From contig OZ220744.1 in the NCBI GenBank assembly GCA_965116925.1, positions 4,096,001 through 4,160,000 on the forward strand: a stretch of 64,000 bases of DNA, written 5' to 3'. This DNA is from Candidatus Poribacteria bacterium (GTDB taxonomy: Bacteria > Poribacteria > WGA-4E > PCPOR2b). Under the pieces are notes generated by a model. That model searched no databases. It saw only the letters and a program-made list of their open reading frames with translations, and was not told the origin of the DNA. The position numbers and the translations under genes were made by a program. Within the stretch, counting starts at the first letter, position 1, and each line of letters begins with the position of its first letter. Of this stretch, positions 19,275 to 29,136 are shown piece after piece.

Positions 19275-21593
19275 ATGAAGATTTGTGAGCCCCTTAGAGG
19301 TATCGTTTTCTCTGTGATGTTCCTGATCTACCCCGTTTCGGCCTTGGCTGACGACTATTTCGATCAGATCACAGTTTTCTCTCACGGCAGGATCACCCGC
19401 TTTGTCGAAATGCCGATAACTGTTTATATTACACCGGCGTTACAAGCGGCATACCTTCCCGCGCTGCGGTATGCGATGCAGCAGTGGGAAGCGGTCTCCG
19501 ATGGAAACATTCAGTTTCAAGAGTTACAAACGAGTAAGGACGCTGATATTTGGGTGCGTTGGGGACATGGCGAAGCAGCCTACATGGATATGACCTATGG
19601 AAAGGCGGAGCTCACACGCCACCGCACCGGGGATTTCTCCGTCGAAATTATCCTCTCACTACCTAAGCCTTCGTTATCAGAAAAAGTGTCGCAGGAAGAG
19701 ACTCGAACAGTTTGCCTTCATGAATTTGGACATGCTATCGGGCTGTGGGGGCATAGTCCTGATCCACTTGACGTGAGTTTTTGGGCGTCAATTGCACAAC
19801 GTCCAACCGCTCGGGATCGAGCAACATTACTGAAAGTTTATGCCACGCCACAAAACACGCCTCAACACGATGCTGCCATTAACATCTTAAAAAAGCAGCT
19901 CGCAACCAACCCAATGAACGCACGCACACATTACCTGCTAGGGACCATCTACGACGACAAGGGAGAGACTGAGTTAGCTGTTGCTAGTTTCAAAGCCTGT
20001 CTTGAAATAAACCCAGACTTCGACCCGGCACGGGAAACCCTTCTACAGGTATACCAGAGAGTTGGTCTCTCCCAACAAGCGGTGGACCTACTTGAAGAAA
20101 CACTCAAGCAGATGCCTTCGTCCAATGATTACAACACAATCGGTGTGATGTACTATCGGACCGGAGAAATCGACCAGTCCGTAGCTGCTTTCCGAAAATC
20201 GCTCGAAATGAACCCCTACGACCCGACGCCTCGGAATAATCTTTATCAGATATTTCGGGAGCGAGGTATCGAGGCACTGAACGTTAAAGCGTATCAAAAA
20301 GCGGCGATGTATTTTGGCGAAGCACTCCAGTTCAAGCCGGAGGATGCGCTTCTGTATCGCCTTATGGGCGATGCTTATGCGAGGGAGGGTAGCCTCAAAA
20401 ACGCCATCACGCAATACCGTAAGGCATTTGAATTCGATCCAGCCGACTTGGAAATCAAACAGAATCTCGCGGGGTATCTGAGCAATTATGGTGTAGAGTT
20501 GACAGGCACCCGGCGTTGGGAGGAGGCAATCGCTGCCTATCAGGAAGCACTACAATTGACTCCAACGCTGAATATCGCGTATGCAAACCTAGTGGATGTC
20601 TTGTGGAAACGCGCCAATACGCATCGCAAATCAGGGCATATCGACAAGGCGATTGATGCCTATCTCCAACTTATTCAGGTAGATGCTGATGCCGATGCAC
20701 ACAGTTTACTCGGCGAACTGTATCTGAAAAAGGGGGCATATCCACAGGCGATTGAGGCATTCCGGTCAGCGTTTTCCGCAAAACCTGATGATTGGCAATC
20801 TCGTAAGAACCTCGTTGCTGCCTACCATCATTACGCACAACACCTCGACAGCAAAGAACGGTACAATGAAGCAATAGGTCAGTTACGGCTTGCGCTTGCG
20901 CTGTCTCCCAAACAGGTGAACCTCCGCTTGAGTCTCATCAATACTTATCAACTTGCCGGCGACTTTTCAAGTGCCGAAAAAGAGTTGGAGTGGCTTTTGG
21001 AAAATACACCTGAGAGTTTACAGGCAGAAAACATCTCAAAGAATCTACACGTTGCACGCGGGAATACGCTCATGAATCAAAGAAGCTATACCGCCGCGCT
21101 TGCCGAGTTTGAAAAGATCGCCCCCTCGGCAAAAACCACAGAAATTTATAACACCATCGGTTATCTTTATCTGTTGAGAAGACAGCCAATTTTAGCGATA
21201 GCGGCTTTTGAATCCGCGTTAGCTCTTACGCCGACAAATAGAATTGCTTATCAAAATCTGTTGTCAATTGAATCCCAATTTGAGCGGCAGTTTGTCGATG
21301 ACCGGCATTCACCACGCATTAAGAACCACCTTGCTCGTGCGAGAAATAGTCTTGTCGTGTGCTATATCCATCGTGATGAACTTCTAGACGCTGTAGAGGA
21401 ATATCGCGCAGCGTTAGATGTTGAACCAACGGCGAAGGAAGTGAAAGTCGCACTGAGAGATACCGGCAGACAGTTAATATTGGTGTTACAAGAAAAGAAT
21501 GCACGTCAGCAGATAAGCGATGTAATGGATTGGATTCAGGAATTGGACGTTGACAGTTTGAGCGTTGAACAGTTACTCGACGGTGACAATTAG
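19275..21593 (+). CDS. secreted matrixin-like Zn metalloprotease with long TPR array
   Basis: Signal peptide; HEFGHAIGLWGH zinc motif; numerous TPR units. Confidence 0.85.
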   Translation: MKICEPLRGIVFSVMFLIYPVSALADDYFDQITVFSHGRITRFVEMPITVYITPALQAAYLPALRYAMQQWEAVSDGNIQFQELQTSKDADIWVRWGHGEAAYMDMTYGKAELTRHRTGDFSVEIILSLPKPSLSEKVSQEETRTVCLHEFGHAIGLWGHSPDPLDVSFWASIAQRPTARDRATLLKVYATPQNTPQHDAAINILKKQLATNPMNARTHYLLGTIYDDKGETELAVASFKACLEINPDFDPARETLLQVYQRVGLSQQAVDLLEETLKQMPSSNDYNTIGVMYYRTGEIDQSVAAFRKSLEMNPYDPTPRNNLYQIFRERGIEALNVKAYQKAAMYFGEALQFKPEDALLYRLMGDAYAREGSLKNAITQYRKAFEFDPADLEIKQNLAGYLSNYGVELTGTRRWEEAIAAYQEALQLTPTLNIAYANLVDVLWKRANTHRKSGHIDKAIDAYLQLIQVDADADAHSLLGELYLKKGAYPQAIEAFRSAFSAKPDDWQSRKNLVAAYHHYAQHLDSKERYNEAIGQLRLALALSPKQVNLRLSLINTYQLAGDFSSAEKELEWLLENTPESLQAENISKNLHVARGNTLMNQRSYTAALAEFEKIAPSAKTTEIYNTIGYLYLLRRQPILAIAAFESALALTPTNRIAYQNLLSIESQFERQFVDDRHSPRIKNHLARARNSLVVCYIHRDELLDAVEEYRAALDVEPTAKEVKVALRDTGRQLILVLQEKNARQQISDVMDWIQELDVDSLSVEQLLDGDN

Positions 21594-21611
21594 AACAACT
21601 GGAGGGGATAA

Positions 21612-22973
21612 ATGGAGGGACTACGGAATATCAATTCAAGGTTAGAGTTGTTTGTAGATGATTGGCTGATCGAGGAGATGAATGGCGTTGACCTTCAAAT
21701 GCACAGTCCCATCTCTCAAGAGGTCGTCCTTGAGTTCAATCAGCCGTGGGAGGGATCGATAAGTTATGACCCGGTGGTGATGAAAGAGGGCGATCGCTAT
21801 CGGCTGTGGTATCGGGGGTGCGGTTCGGAATCGACATGGGAAGACCAATGTACAGCCTATGCAGAGAGCACAGATGGCGTACATTGGGAACGTCCTACGT
21901 TGGGAATCTTTGAGTTCAACGGGAACCGGGAAAACAACATCGTCCTGCAAGGGACCGAGGCGAAGGCGTTGTGTGTTTTCAGAGATGGCAACCCGAATAC
22001 GTCAGACTCGGAACGCTACAAAGCGATTGGGGTAGGTCCTCCAATAGATAAACGTGCGACATTGCGAGGGTTTACCTCCCCAGATGGAGTACATTGGCAG
22101 ACGCTGGATCGAGATCCGATCTTGATAGCACCAGACGATCCGTGGCCCATGTTTGATTCCCACAACGTTGCATTCTGGGATACGATGCAAGACCGGTACG
22201 TGATATATGCACGGGGTTGGATTCCGCCGGGCATCCGATCCATTCGCCGAAGTGTTTCAGATGACTTCCGTCATTGGTCCGACTTGGAATTCATTGATCT
22301 GGGAAATTCGCCAATAGAACATCTCTACAAAAACGCCTGCACACAGTATTTCCGCGCGCCCCACATTTACCTGATGTTCCCCAAACGTTTTGTCCCTGAC
22401 CGTAAGTTCGATAAGGATTGGCCAGCCAGCGGTCTCTCCGAAAGTGTTTTCATGACCAGCCGCGATGGCGTACACTGGGATCGGCGTTTTATGGAACCAT
22501 TCTTGGGGCTTGGATCCGATCCCGACAGTTGGACAGACCGAAATCTGTACATTGGCGTGGGTGTTGTTCCAACGGGATCTGCAGAAATGTCGGTCTATTT
22601 TATGGAGCATTACCGGCGTCCATCTATCCGCCTCCGGCGCGGTGCACTCCGAACCGACGGATTTGTCTCCGTTAATGCGCCCTACGCCGGCGGTGAATTT
22701 TTGACGAAACCGTTGATTTTTGAGGGAGATAAGTTAGTCGTTAATTACACGACATCTGTAGCGGGAGGCTTGCGCGTTGAAATCCAAGACGCCAACGGAC
22801 AGCCAATTGATGGGTATCGGTTATCTGAGTGTGTTGAGATTTTTGGGGATGAAATTGAGCGGGTTGTCAGATGGGAGAACGGCAGCGATGTTAGTTCGTT
22901 GGCGGGTAGGGCGGTTCGTCTCCGCTTTGTTATGGCAGCGGCAGACCTGTACGCTATACAGTTTCGAGTATAG
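21612..22973 (+). CDS. hypothetical glycoside hydrolase-like beta-propeller protein
   Basis: Repeated S.DG.HW Asp-box-like motifs; C-terminal beta-sandwich (LRTDGFVS). Confidence 0.65.
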   Translation: MEGLRNINSRLELFVDDWLIEEMNGVDLQMHSPISQEVVLEFNQPWEGSISYDPVVMKEGDRYRLWYRGCGSESTWEDQCTAYAESTDGVHWERPTLGIFEFNGNRENNIVLQGTEAKALCVFRDGNPNTSDSERYKAIGVGPPIDKRATLRGFTSPDGVHWQTLDRDPILIAPDDPWPMFDSHNVAFWDTMQDRYVIYARGWIPPGIRSIRRSVSDDFRHWSDLEFIDLGNSPIEHLYKNACTQYFRAPHIYLMFPKRFVPDRKFDKDWPASGLSESVFMTSRDGVHWDRRFMEPFLGLGSDPDSWTDRNLYIGVGVVPTGSAEMSVYFMEHYRRPSIRLRRGALRTDGFVSVNAPYAGGEFLTKPLIFEGDKLVVNYTTSVAGGLRVEIQDANGQPIDGYRLSECVEIFGDEIERVVRWENGSDVSSLAGRAVRLRFVMAAADLYAIQFRV

Positions 22974-23006
22974 ATTAGGAAAAGATGATAGAGATGCGTG
23001 ACAAAA

Positions 23007-23417
23007 TTATTCATCTTTATCCTTTTGCTCTCCATGATGACCTTCCGGTTGCTGATTGTTTATACCGATGAGATGAAAGAATAGTTTGTCCAGTTTGTCC
23101 TCAATTCTGTCCATTCTTGCATTGAGATTACCTGACAGATTATCTATTTTGCCGTTCAGTCCTTTTTCTATGCTGTCTATTTTGCCGTTCAGTCCTTTTT
23201 CTATGTTGTCTATTTTATCGTCCAGTCTGTTTTCCCTGTTGTCGATTTTCTTATCCAGACCATCTATCTTCTTATCTAAACTATCTAACTTGTCGTTAAT
23301 ATAGGTTTGTTTGAAGTGGATTCTTACGACATAGGCTATTAAACCAGCAAAAACAGATAGACTTGCGACAACGCGAAAAACTATTGAAACCCAATCTTCA
23401 AAGATGAGATTTTCCAT
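23007..23417 (-). CDS. membrane-anchored coiled-coil protein with KID repeats (Bdr/XhlA-like)
   Basis: N-terminal TM helix; 7- and 11-aa KID repeats; 33-bp tandem duplication at 23143-23208; RBS GGAGG. Confidence 0.7.
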   Translation of the reverse strand: MENLIFEDWVSIVFRVVASLSVFAGLIAYVVRIHFKQTYINDKLDSLDKKIDGLDKKIDNRENRLDDKIDNIEKGLNGKIDSIEKGLNGKIDNLSGNLNARMDRIEDKLDKLFFHLIGINNQQPEGHHGEQKDKDE

Positions 23418-23628
23418 GATATAGTCCTCCATGGCTCATGTTAAAAAACCGTGCAACAGAAACCAAAATGTAAAGTGTGATATTGGAAGGATGGAAGGTT
23501 GGTTTGCCTCCTTCCATCCTTTCCCATGGCATCAGCAGAAACTTGGAAGATTGGTCTTTCTTGCTTTGGTTCTACCCATGTTGATAGCATACGAATGTGC
23601 CAAATTCACACTGATGAATAATCGCTTA

Positions 23629-24588
23629 CTAGCCGATATTTAGGTAACGTGCTGCATCGGCTTCCTGCCATTGGAACTGTAGGTGTGCTGTTTCGTGTGG
23701 CTTGAAGGGCTTTATCACCTCATCAATAGGTGTGCCTAACACATCAATCCGCTCAAGATCTGCGACCCCGTAACCCATTTCATCCGCATAGTGGAACAGA
23801 CCGATCTCCAACGGTTCAAATCCCATCGCCTTCGTGGTTACGGCGTCCGCAGCAAACACATCAGCACTGGCAACAGCAATTCCGAGCGGAATCGAATCTG
23901 TACCTCCGGGACCGTTCCCCTGCAAGCCAAGGGTGCCGTCAATCACAGCGATATCCGGGCACAGATGGCGTGACAGGCGAATCAGATTGATGTTCAGCGT
24001 TTGCGCCTCACGCGGCAATTCTCGATCGGCGTGGCTATGGTAGCCGTGCATTTTGATACGATCTGAGAGATGGAGCGTTCCCATAATCATGTTTTTGAGG
24101 GCAAGCGTCACCACATCGACATCGTGCGTTTTTGCAACCGCAACAGAAATTGTGCATGGACAATCGAGCACAGTTTTGGGCATCCGCACGGGCACTTCGC
24201 TGCGATCAGCAAGAACGACGGGAGTCTCTTCCCAATTCTCATCTTGATGCAGGTCTACTAGCCGAATCGGAATGGCATATTCGTCGAGCAAAGATTTGTA
24301 ACCGAAATTCTCGAACGCCTCTCCCGAAAATGCTTGGTTGGCACCTTCTGCGATGATAATCTCTTTTGGTGGTTCCGGCACAGTCAGCAAGAAGTCCATT
24401 GCGCCACGGATTGCGTCAACGTGTGATGAGGCGAGCTGATTTGTGCTGGAAAGGAAATTCGGCTTCAACATCACCTGCTCGCGCAACTTTGGTGTGACAT
24501 CGTCGCGCACGAGGTCCAGAGCGGTGAAGACATTTTGGCGTCGCTCGCCGGTTCGGGCAAGTCCGACTCTCGTTTGATTGGTAGCCAT
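23629..24588 (-). CDS. DUF362 domain protein
   Basis: LKPN, IIAEG, KTH...TLALKN, IDG...QGNGP, D.FAAD motifs. Confidence 0.85.
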   Translation of the reverse strand: MATNQTRVGLARTGERRQNVFTALDLVRDDVTPKLREQVMLKPNFLSSTNQLASSHVDAIRGAMDFLLTVPEPPKEIIIAEGANQAFSGEAFENFGYKSLLDEYAIPIRLVDLHQDENWEETPVVLADRSEVPVRMPKTVLDCPCTISVAVAKTHDVDVVTLALKNMIMGTLHLSDRIKMHGYHSHADRELPREAQTLNINLIRLSRHLCPDIAVIDGTLGLQGNGPGGTDSIPLGIAVASADVFAADAVTTKAMGFEPLEIGLFHYADEMGYGVADLERIDVLGTPIDEVIKPFKPHETAHLQFQWQEADAARYLNIG

Positions 24589-24709
24589 CGGCATCCTCCT
24601 TGTTTGTTTCACATTTCCACATTTTCCTCGCAATATAACATCTGAGGAATAGAGCAATTCAGGAAAAGTCGTTGAGTGGTAGCGGGCGAGATGAGATCGC
24701 CCGGACTGT

Positions 24710-25477
24710 CTAAACTAGAGAGTTCAGCATCTGGGCAAAACGGGGAACGGCGGTCATTGCATCCTCGGCGGCTTCATATTCAATTGACAGATACCCTTTG
24801 TAACCCTGTGCCTTGAGCATCCTGACGATTTCGGAAAAATCTGCTTCCTCCTTGTCGTCGCTTCCTTTTGGGATCTCTGTCTTTGCATGGGCGGTTACGG
24901 CGTAAGGGGCGACACGCGCCAGCGAACCGTAGGGGTCTTGACGGAAGTTGCCTGTATCCAAATTCACGCCGACCCACTCGGAATCAACCGACGTAATCAG
25001 ATCGATAACCTGATCTGCTGTAGACGTTATCCCTCCGTGATTTTCCAAAGCCAGCAAGACACCGCGAGGCGCAGCGTATTCCGCACACTCCTTCAAACCG
25101 TCGATTGTCCATTGGCGGGCTTCCGCCTCACTATGCCCTTCAGGCGTTCCTCCCGCAAACAAACGCAGGCAGGGTGCTCCAAGTTTAACGGAGATATCAA
25201 CCCAATCCTTGACATACTCGATCTGTGCTGCACGTTCACCGGGGTCAGGGTCTGTGAAGCGATTTCCAACAGCTGCTGCCGAAACCTGTAACCCAAGAAG
25301 GTAGCATTGACGTTTCAGGGTGTACAAATAATCATCGTCCGTTGACGGGAAATAGTAAGCGGTCAATTCGACGCCGTCTACGTCCATTTCGACCGCTTTT
25401 TCAAGAAAACCTTCGAGACTCATTTCAGCACTTGTCAAATACTGGCGAAATGAGTAGGCGGCACATCCAATCTTCAT
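24710..25477 (-). CDS. sugar phosphate isomerase/epimerase (xylose isomerase-like TIM barrel)
   Basis: ENHGG, NLDTGNF, HAK and SIEYE motifs. Confidence 0.88.
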   Translation of the reverse strand: MKIGCAAYSFRQYLTSAEMSLEGFLEKAVEMDVDGVELTAYYFPSTDDDYLYTLKRQCYLLGLQVSAAAVGNRFTDPDPGERAAQIEYVKDWVDISVKLGAPCLRLFAGGTPEGHSEAEARQWTIDGLKECAEYAAPRGVLLALENHGGITSTADQVIDLITSVDSEWVGVNLDTGNFRQDPYGSLARVAPYAVTAHAKTEIPKGSDDKEEADFSEIVRMLKAQGYKGYLSIEYEAAEDAMTAVPRFAQMLNSLV

Positions 25478-25484
25478 GGTTGGT

Positions 25485-25874
25485 CTATGCCTCCTTACGT
25501 TCCAGCAGCTCAATTTCGTAGCCGTCCGGATCGTCAATGAACGCCATCTTCATGCCGCCCGATGTGAACTGTTCGCGCCAACCGTCGGGCCAAATTTCAA
25601 TACCGTCCTTCTCCAACGTGTCACAGTAAGCGACGAGATCTGGAACCCCAATGGCGAAGTGCATTAAATCCTCCGGGACATTGAGTTCATAATCGGGTGA
25701 ATAGGTTAGCTCGACGGTGTGCAGGTTACCGGGTAGTTCCAGATGTGCAATCTGATTACCGGCAGGCGATTTGTCGCTTCGACTTTTAACGACAAAACCC
25801 AGATGATCGCAATACCAATTAATTGATTTATCGAGGTCACTTACTCGAACGCGGGTGTGTAAAAAAACAGCCAT
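25485..25874 (-). CDS. VOC/glyoxalase family protein (lactoylglutathione lyase-like)
   Basis: FLHTRVRVSDL, ELTY, HFAIGV and FIDDPDGYEIEL motifs. Confidence 0.88.
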   Translation of the reverse strand: MAVFLHTRVRVSDLDKSINWYCDHLGFVVKSRSDKSPAGNQIAHLELPGNLHTVELTYSPDYELNVPEDLMHFAIGVPDLVAYCDTLEKDGIEIWPDGWREQFTSGGMKMAFIDDPDGYEIELLERKEA

Positions 25875-26210
25875 TTGGTTTCCTTTCTGTTGTCGATTTT
25901 GGATGAATCAATTGAGGCAGAAATGCTATGAATAATGATAACACACCCTCCACTATCAAGCAAGCCCTTTTACAACTGAATCCGATCTCAGGGGACTTTC
26001 GGAATATTCGTATTGAAAAATGGTGTTAGATGTGAGATAGTTATAGAAAGTTCATTGGTTTATTGATTGATTGAACTGATAAACTCTATACATCGCGCTC
26101 CTCATGAAGATTAATTTATTAATTGGGTAATTTCCGAGCGATGTCCGGTGCGGTTGGATGAAAATTAAAAAAACAGTTCGGTAATTTGCTAGCGACACCG
26201 GCGCGGTTAA

Positions 26211-27451
26211 ATGAAGATTAAAAAAATAATTCGGTAATATTGTTATTTGTGTTATCGTAGTGCCAAAGGAGGTATTCTCTGATGGCAAAACATCATACAC
26301 TTGAATTGAGTGAATCCGAAATCCAAGCCCTGGTTGAACTCCGAGATAAAGGCGAACCGGCTTATCTCCGAGAACGAGCAACGGCACTGTTGAAAATACA
26401 TCAAGGCGTTTCTCCGCATGAAGTTGCACGTAAGGGCTTGTTGAAAAAACGCGACCCTGACACCGTCTATGCGTGGTTGCGTCGCTATCGCGAACAAGGT
26501 CTGCGTGGGCTGTCTCATAATCCCGGTCGGGGTCGAAAACCTGCTTTTTTCCCCAAGTCGGCTGAAATGGCCAAATCAGAACTCTTACAAGCTATCGGTC
26601 AAGATCCGGGGCAAATCCCTCCGTATCAAACCCGCTGGACGCTGCACACACTCGGTCAGGTCGTACCCTGGTTGCGGGACATCTCTGTGCCGGGCATTCA
26701 CCAAATCCTCTCACGGGTGGGGATCAGCTATAAGCGTGCCAGAGACTATGTGCGGAGTCCGGATGTCGATTATACTGAAAAACTTTCTTGCGTCCAGCAC
26801 GCTTTAGAAACTGCACGTGACACGCTGGAAACTTGCGTTGTGCTTTACCAAGATGAGTTTAGCTTCAAACGACAACCGACCCTCGCAACAGACTGGGCAG
26901 AGACCGGCACGAAGCAGCCCTTGGCACGGCGCAGTCACTGCTCCGAAGAAACCTGTTATGGCATCGGTGCGCTCAATCCACACACAGGGGAGGTCATTTA
27001 CCAGCAGGTCGAAACCTGCACAGTGGTCGCACTGCATACCTTTTACACACAGATTTGCCAACACTACCCAAAAGCCGAACGTATCTATCTGGTTCAGGAT
27101 AATCGAGCGATACACTTTCATCCGAACCTCACCGCAGCGCTCCTGCAACAGACAACGACGTTTGCCAAACCCACACCGCCTAACTGGACAGGCAAACCGT
27201 CAAACAAAATCGGCAAACTCGCCAAACTCCCTATTGAGATATTGCAACTGCCGACCTATGCCGCGTGGACAAACCCAATTGAGAAGTTGTGGCGCTGGGT
27301 GCGTCAGTCGGTTATACATCTCCATCGGCTCAGTAATGACTGGCAGGCACTTCAAGACAAAGTGCTTGCCTTCATGCAGCAGTTTAAAGACGGGTCACAG
27401 CAACTGCTACACTATGTCGGATTATTACCGAATTAATAAATTAATCTTCAT
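26211..27451 (+). mobile_element. IS630-family insertion sequence (1241 bp)
   Basis: 28-bp imperfect TIRs ATGAAGATTAAAAAAATAATTCGGTAAT / ATTACCGAATTAATAAATTAATCTTCAT enclosing a transposase. Confidence 0.9.
26282..27436 (+). CDS. IS630 family transposase
   Basis: HTH region with GRGRKP, RWTL, and YQDE / VQDN / NPIEKLW catalytic motifs. Confidence 0.93.
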   Translation: MAKHHTLELSESEIQALVELRDKGEPAYLRERATALLKIHQGVSPHEVARKGLLKKRDPDTVYAWLRRYREQGLRGLSHNPGRGRKPAFFPKSAEMAKSELLQAIGQDPGQIPPYQTRWTLHTLGQVVPWLRDISVPGIHQILSRVGISYKRARDYVRSPDVDYTEKLSCVQHALETARDTLETCVVLYQDEFSFKRQPTLATDWAETGTKQPLARRSHCSEETCYGIGALNPHTGEVIYQQVETCTVVALHTFYTQICQHYPKAERIYLVQDNRAIHFHPNLTAALLQQTTTFAKPTPPNWTGKPSNKIGKLAKLPIEILQLPTYAAWTNPIEKLWRWVRQSVIHLHRLSNDWQALQDKVLAFMQQFKDGSQQLLHYVGLLPN

Positions 27452-27705
27452 AAAACCGCGCCTACCGTATGTTTCGAGGAAAATAGGGATTACCGATTTA
27501 AATACTTAAACTTCATGAAACCGCACCTACCGGGTCTGGGGAAATATAGAATTACCTGTTTAATTTCTTAAAACCCATCTGGAGCGAAATTGGTTATGCC
27601 GATTGTTAGTATGGTGTTGGGTTTCACGATTCGCGTTCAACCCAACCTACACAACCCTATCAACTATCGGGTCGAAATAAGAGACTTGAATTATAGGACT
27701 TTATC

Positions 27706-28947
27706 ATGAATACGATTAAATATTTCCTTATTCTTGCGACGACAATCGCCGTGGTTTCGGTTGGATTGGCTCACGAACCAACAGAAAGCCCTGAACTAGA
27801 TTCCAAATTGTATGAACTCCATTTTCAAGAGGGCAGGGCACACAATGATGGCGGGGATAGAGCACTCGCTCGGAAGCATTTCCTGATGACAATCTACCTG
27901 CATCCCGACCACGCTGGTGCGAACTATCAACTCGGACTGATGGCATATAGCGACAATAATTATTCGGCTGCCATCTCTTTTCTGGAAAGAGCGAGCGTGG
28001 AAATGTCCGATAAGATTGAACTCTATTACTGGCTTGGGGGCGCGTATTGGAAAAAGAGCCAAGCAGAAGGGGCGATAGAGAACTATCGAAAAGCGGTTGC
28101 ACTCGATTCGCAGCACGAGAATCCTTATTCGCTCTATGCGTTAGAGAACCTCGCCGAAGTCTATACCCGGACGGAACGTCTCCAAGAGTCGATGGATGCT
28201 TATCAGGCAGCACTGAAGCGTGAAACACGAAGCGGATGGATTTCTAAAATTAGAGATCAGATTGCTGAGCTTCATTTGACGATGGGCACTTATCAAGACG
28301 ATGGTAATACGCGCTACAATGAAAGAGGCGAAGCGATAGGTGGTATTGGCGATGGGGATATGCGCACCAATCGTTACTTCGAGATAGCGAGACATACGAC
28401 GGATCCGGTTAAAGAGGCAATTTATTATGAGAAATCGATCGAAGCGGATCCAGGGATGTACCAGTCCTATTTTAATTTGGGTTGGGCGTTGACTCGACAA
28501 GGGAAATACGCTGAAGCGGTTCCTGCTTTTATCCGTTCAGACGAAGTTTGGCGACAAGATCGGAACTGGAATCCAGAAGCGTCCCCCAAAATCGACGCGC
28601 ACGCATTTTTAGCACTCTGTTATGTCGAATTAGGGGAACCGGAAAAGGCACTTGATTACGCCGAAATAGCGTTGGGTTCCGCTCCAAATTACTATTACGG
28701 CTTGCTGTATAAAGCGAGAGCGTTGACCAAATTGGATCGTCCTCAAGAGGCAACACAGATTCTGGAAGGGTTGGTTGATGCAAATCCGGACGAAGCCGAA
28801 ACATTGTACGCGCTTTACGAGGGTTATAGCGCAGCTTTAGAGCCAAAATTGGCACTTGCTGCGCTACACCAAGCTGTCCGCGCTCAGGTGGACAGTCAAC
28901 AGAAAACACGTTGGCAACAAGAGATCAACGTGCTGAAAGGGAAATAA
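27706..28947 (+). CDS. secreted TPR repeat protein
   Basis: Signal peptide and multiple TPR-like units. Confidence 0.82.
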   Translation: MNTIKYFLILATTIAVVSVGLAHEPTESPELDSKLYELHFQEGRAHNDGGDRALARKHFLMTIYLHPDHAGANYQLGLMAYSDNNYSAAISFLERASVEMSDKIELYYWLGGAYWKKSQAEGAIENYRKAVALDSQHENPYSLYALENLAEVYTRTERLQESMDAYQAALKRETRSGWISKIRDQIAELHLTMGTYQDDGNTRYNERGEAIGGIGDGDMRTNRYFEIARHTTDPVKEAIYYEKSIEADPGMYQSYFNLGWALTRQGKYAEAVPAFIRSDEVWRQDRNWNPEASPKIDAHAFLALCYVELGEPEKALDYAEIALGSAPNYYYGLLYKARALTKLDRPQEATQILEGLVDANPDEAETLYALYEGYSAALEPKLALAALHQAVRAQVDSQQKTRWQQEINVLKGK

Positions 28948-28955
28948 TTATCAAT

Positions 28956-29092
28956 CAGGACTTACGCGAATTTAGCATACGAGGGGTAGATGCTTGATTT
29001 TTAACCCCCTAAATCCCCAACCCCCTAAATCCCCCTTGTCAGGGGGACTTTGGAAAATCAGGGGGACTTACGAACGCGCTGCACAAGTCCTA
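28956..29092. mobile_element. MITE family A
   Basis: CAGGACTTACGCG...CACAAGTCCTA with 5-bp direct repeat TCAAT. Confidence 0.72.
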
Positions 29093-29136
29093 TCAATATC
29101 TCTTTCGTAAATTTAACCTAAAAAAGGAGAAGTATC

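Larger units (their letters stand above)
26104..27578. mobile_element. nested family B MITEs (26104-27578 and 26158-27516) hosting the IS630
   Basis: Removing 26211-27451 restores a structure nearly identical to 7587-7819. Confidence 0.85.
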
